Below are positions 62,975 through 64,000 of a stretch of 64,000 nt of DNA, one piece after another. Under the pieces are notes generated by a model. It saw only the letters and a program-made list of their open reading frames with translations. It was not told the origin of the DNA and made no database searches. The stretch lies in assembly GCA_037379345.1 (NCBI GenBank), contig CM074517.1:4836001-4900000 (forward strand), written 5' to 3'. Both the position numbers and the translations under genes were made by a program. The stretch is from Perna viridis (taxonomy: Eukaryota). Each line of letters begins with the position of its first letter. Within the stretch, counting starts at the first letter, position 1.

Positions 62975-63815
62975 GTTTAAGAAAAAGCATCTAGTAACTT
63001 CTCACAACTAGTTCTACACCCGGTGAATCTGTTTTTACCTGAATATATACAGAAACTTTCCATTTTCTATGATTGTTTATAATTTTGCTGATGTTAGATA
63101 TTCTTTTATATTTTTTTTTCTGTAAGCTATTATCGGGGGTCTGGGAAATAATGCACGTGCTTCTTCGTCGTTTTCAAAGAAATTCCAGTGTTTTTTTTCA
63201 TCTTCCTAACTGTTTGAACAATGGATTTAACTGAAGTTAGTAGCTGAAACTAAAGGCAGAGATCTTCTCTTATTTTTAGTTTTATACCCTAATGTATTTT
63301 TTCGAGATTTCTCAAGCGTGTTTAGTATCCATGGATCAATTTCATACAAATTGTAACTCCTTTGGGAATGTTTGTTCTTGAATTATTCTATCTGTGCGTT
63401 GAGGTCATCCCAGTTGCTGCATGTTCTAATGAATCGTGTTACTTCCCCAATTATGAATCCTTTGAAGACAGAGGTTGGGTGGGCGGATGATTTTTCTAAG
63501 TATTGGAAGTTGTCTGGGGGTTTACGATACAATCCAATGTTTTGTTAGCCTTAAATCGTTCTCCTTTATAAACCAGTACATCTAGAAATTGTATTTGTTG
63601 ATCAGATATCTCATGTGTAAATTTTAGGAGAGGATGCACGTTATTTAACTCCAAAGGATGTTGTTTGCTGCCTTTGAATAGTAAAAATGCATCGTCTCTA
63701 TATATACGATAGTAGAGAAATATTCGATGAGTATGGGAATCGTTCTAGTATTTCGGAGATTATTTCAAACATTCTTAGATCAGTCAAACTTGGAGACATT
63801 GGTGAACTCATGAAA
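62975..63815 (-). mobile_element. Penelope-like element RT remnant
   Basis: Minus-strand fragments SPMSPSLTDL, YRDDAFL, HPLLKFTHE, IQFLDV and SSAHP..VFKGFIIGEVTRFIRTCS. Confidence 0.7.
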
Positions 63816-64000
63816 TTGTTCGGTTGGTCACTAAACTTTTAAACCGTTAGTCTTGGGACCTTCACTGTTGATCATAAATGATTTGCAGTATGTAATGCAA
63901 TTCGTGGTTCTTTGTCAAACTTTGATAAGATATTTTACCTTATTTGTATGGTCATTTCTGAATCTTTATTAGGCACTTTTTTGCTGTATATTTTTGTTTA

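Noticed and set aside
1-64000. tRNA, rRNA or snRNA genes
   Set aside because: None recognised by eye; tRNAscan-SE or Infernal would be needed to exclude them.

Overview
AT-rich animal genomic DNA with spliceosomal introns, most likely a lophotrochozoan such as a bivalve mollusc (inferred from gene and repeat types, not proven). The left two-thirds holds three host genes: two tandem + strand quiver/sleepless-like (Ly6/uPAR three-finger, GPI-type) genes, each with three phase-1 coding exons (3300-16534 and 24200-36403), and a single-coding-exon Star-like FkbM-family protein (41291-42229, - strand). Around them are many minisatellites, MITEs and a Helitron-like insert. The main feature is a fully bounded, GC-rich endogenous Polinton/Maverick-type virus (adintovirus-like) at 47040-57798 (10,759 bp). 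It has 131-bp TIRs starting AGTAGT and a perfect 6-bp TSD (GTTTTA), and it splits the reading frame of an older LINE. It encodes a protein-primed PolB, a Zn-ribbon/PLA2/integrase/chromodomain unit, a packaging ATPase, major and minor capsid proteins, a core-like protein, a membrane protein and small accessory genes. Most of these are now broken by stops and frameshifts, and two larger deletions are inferred (the middle of PolB; probably the maturation protease gene). Notable internal features: both TIRs end inside the first codons of the terminal genes; a DFFLEN/zinc-finger module is shared by PolB and a stand-alone gene; an ATAAATG start motif recurs; a 13-bp bidirectional spacer separates ATPase and integrase; and hairpins sit at transcription-unit ends. 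The right end is a TE graveyard: a piggyBac remnant, a TSD-flanked SINE-like element with a possible 5' pseudoknot, and LINE and Penelope-like RT remnants. All family assignments come from motif recognition by eye; no searches were run.
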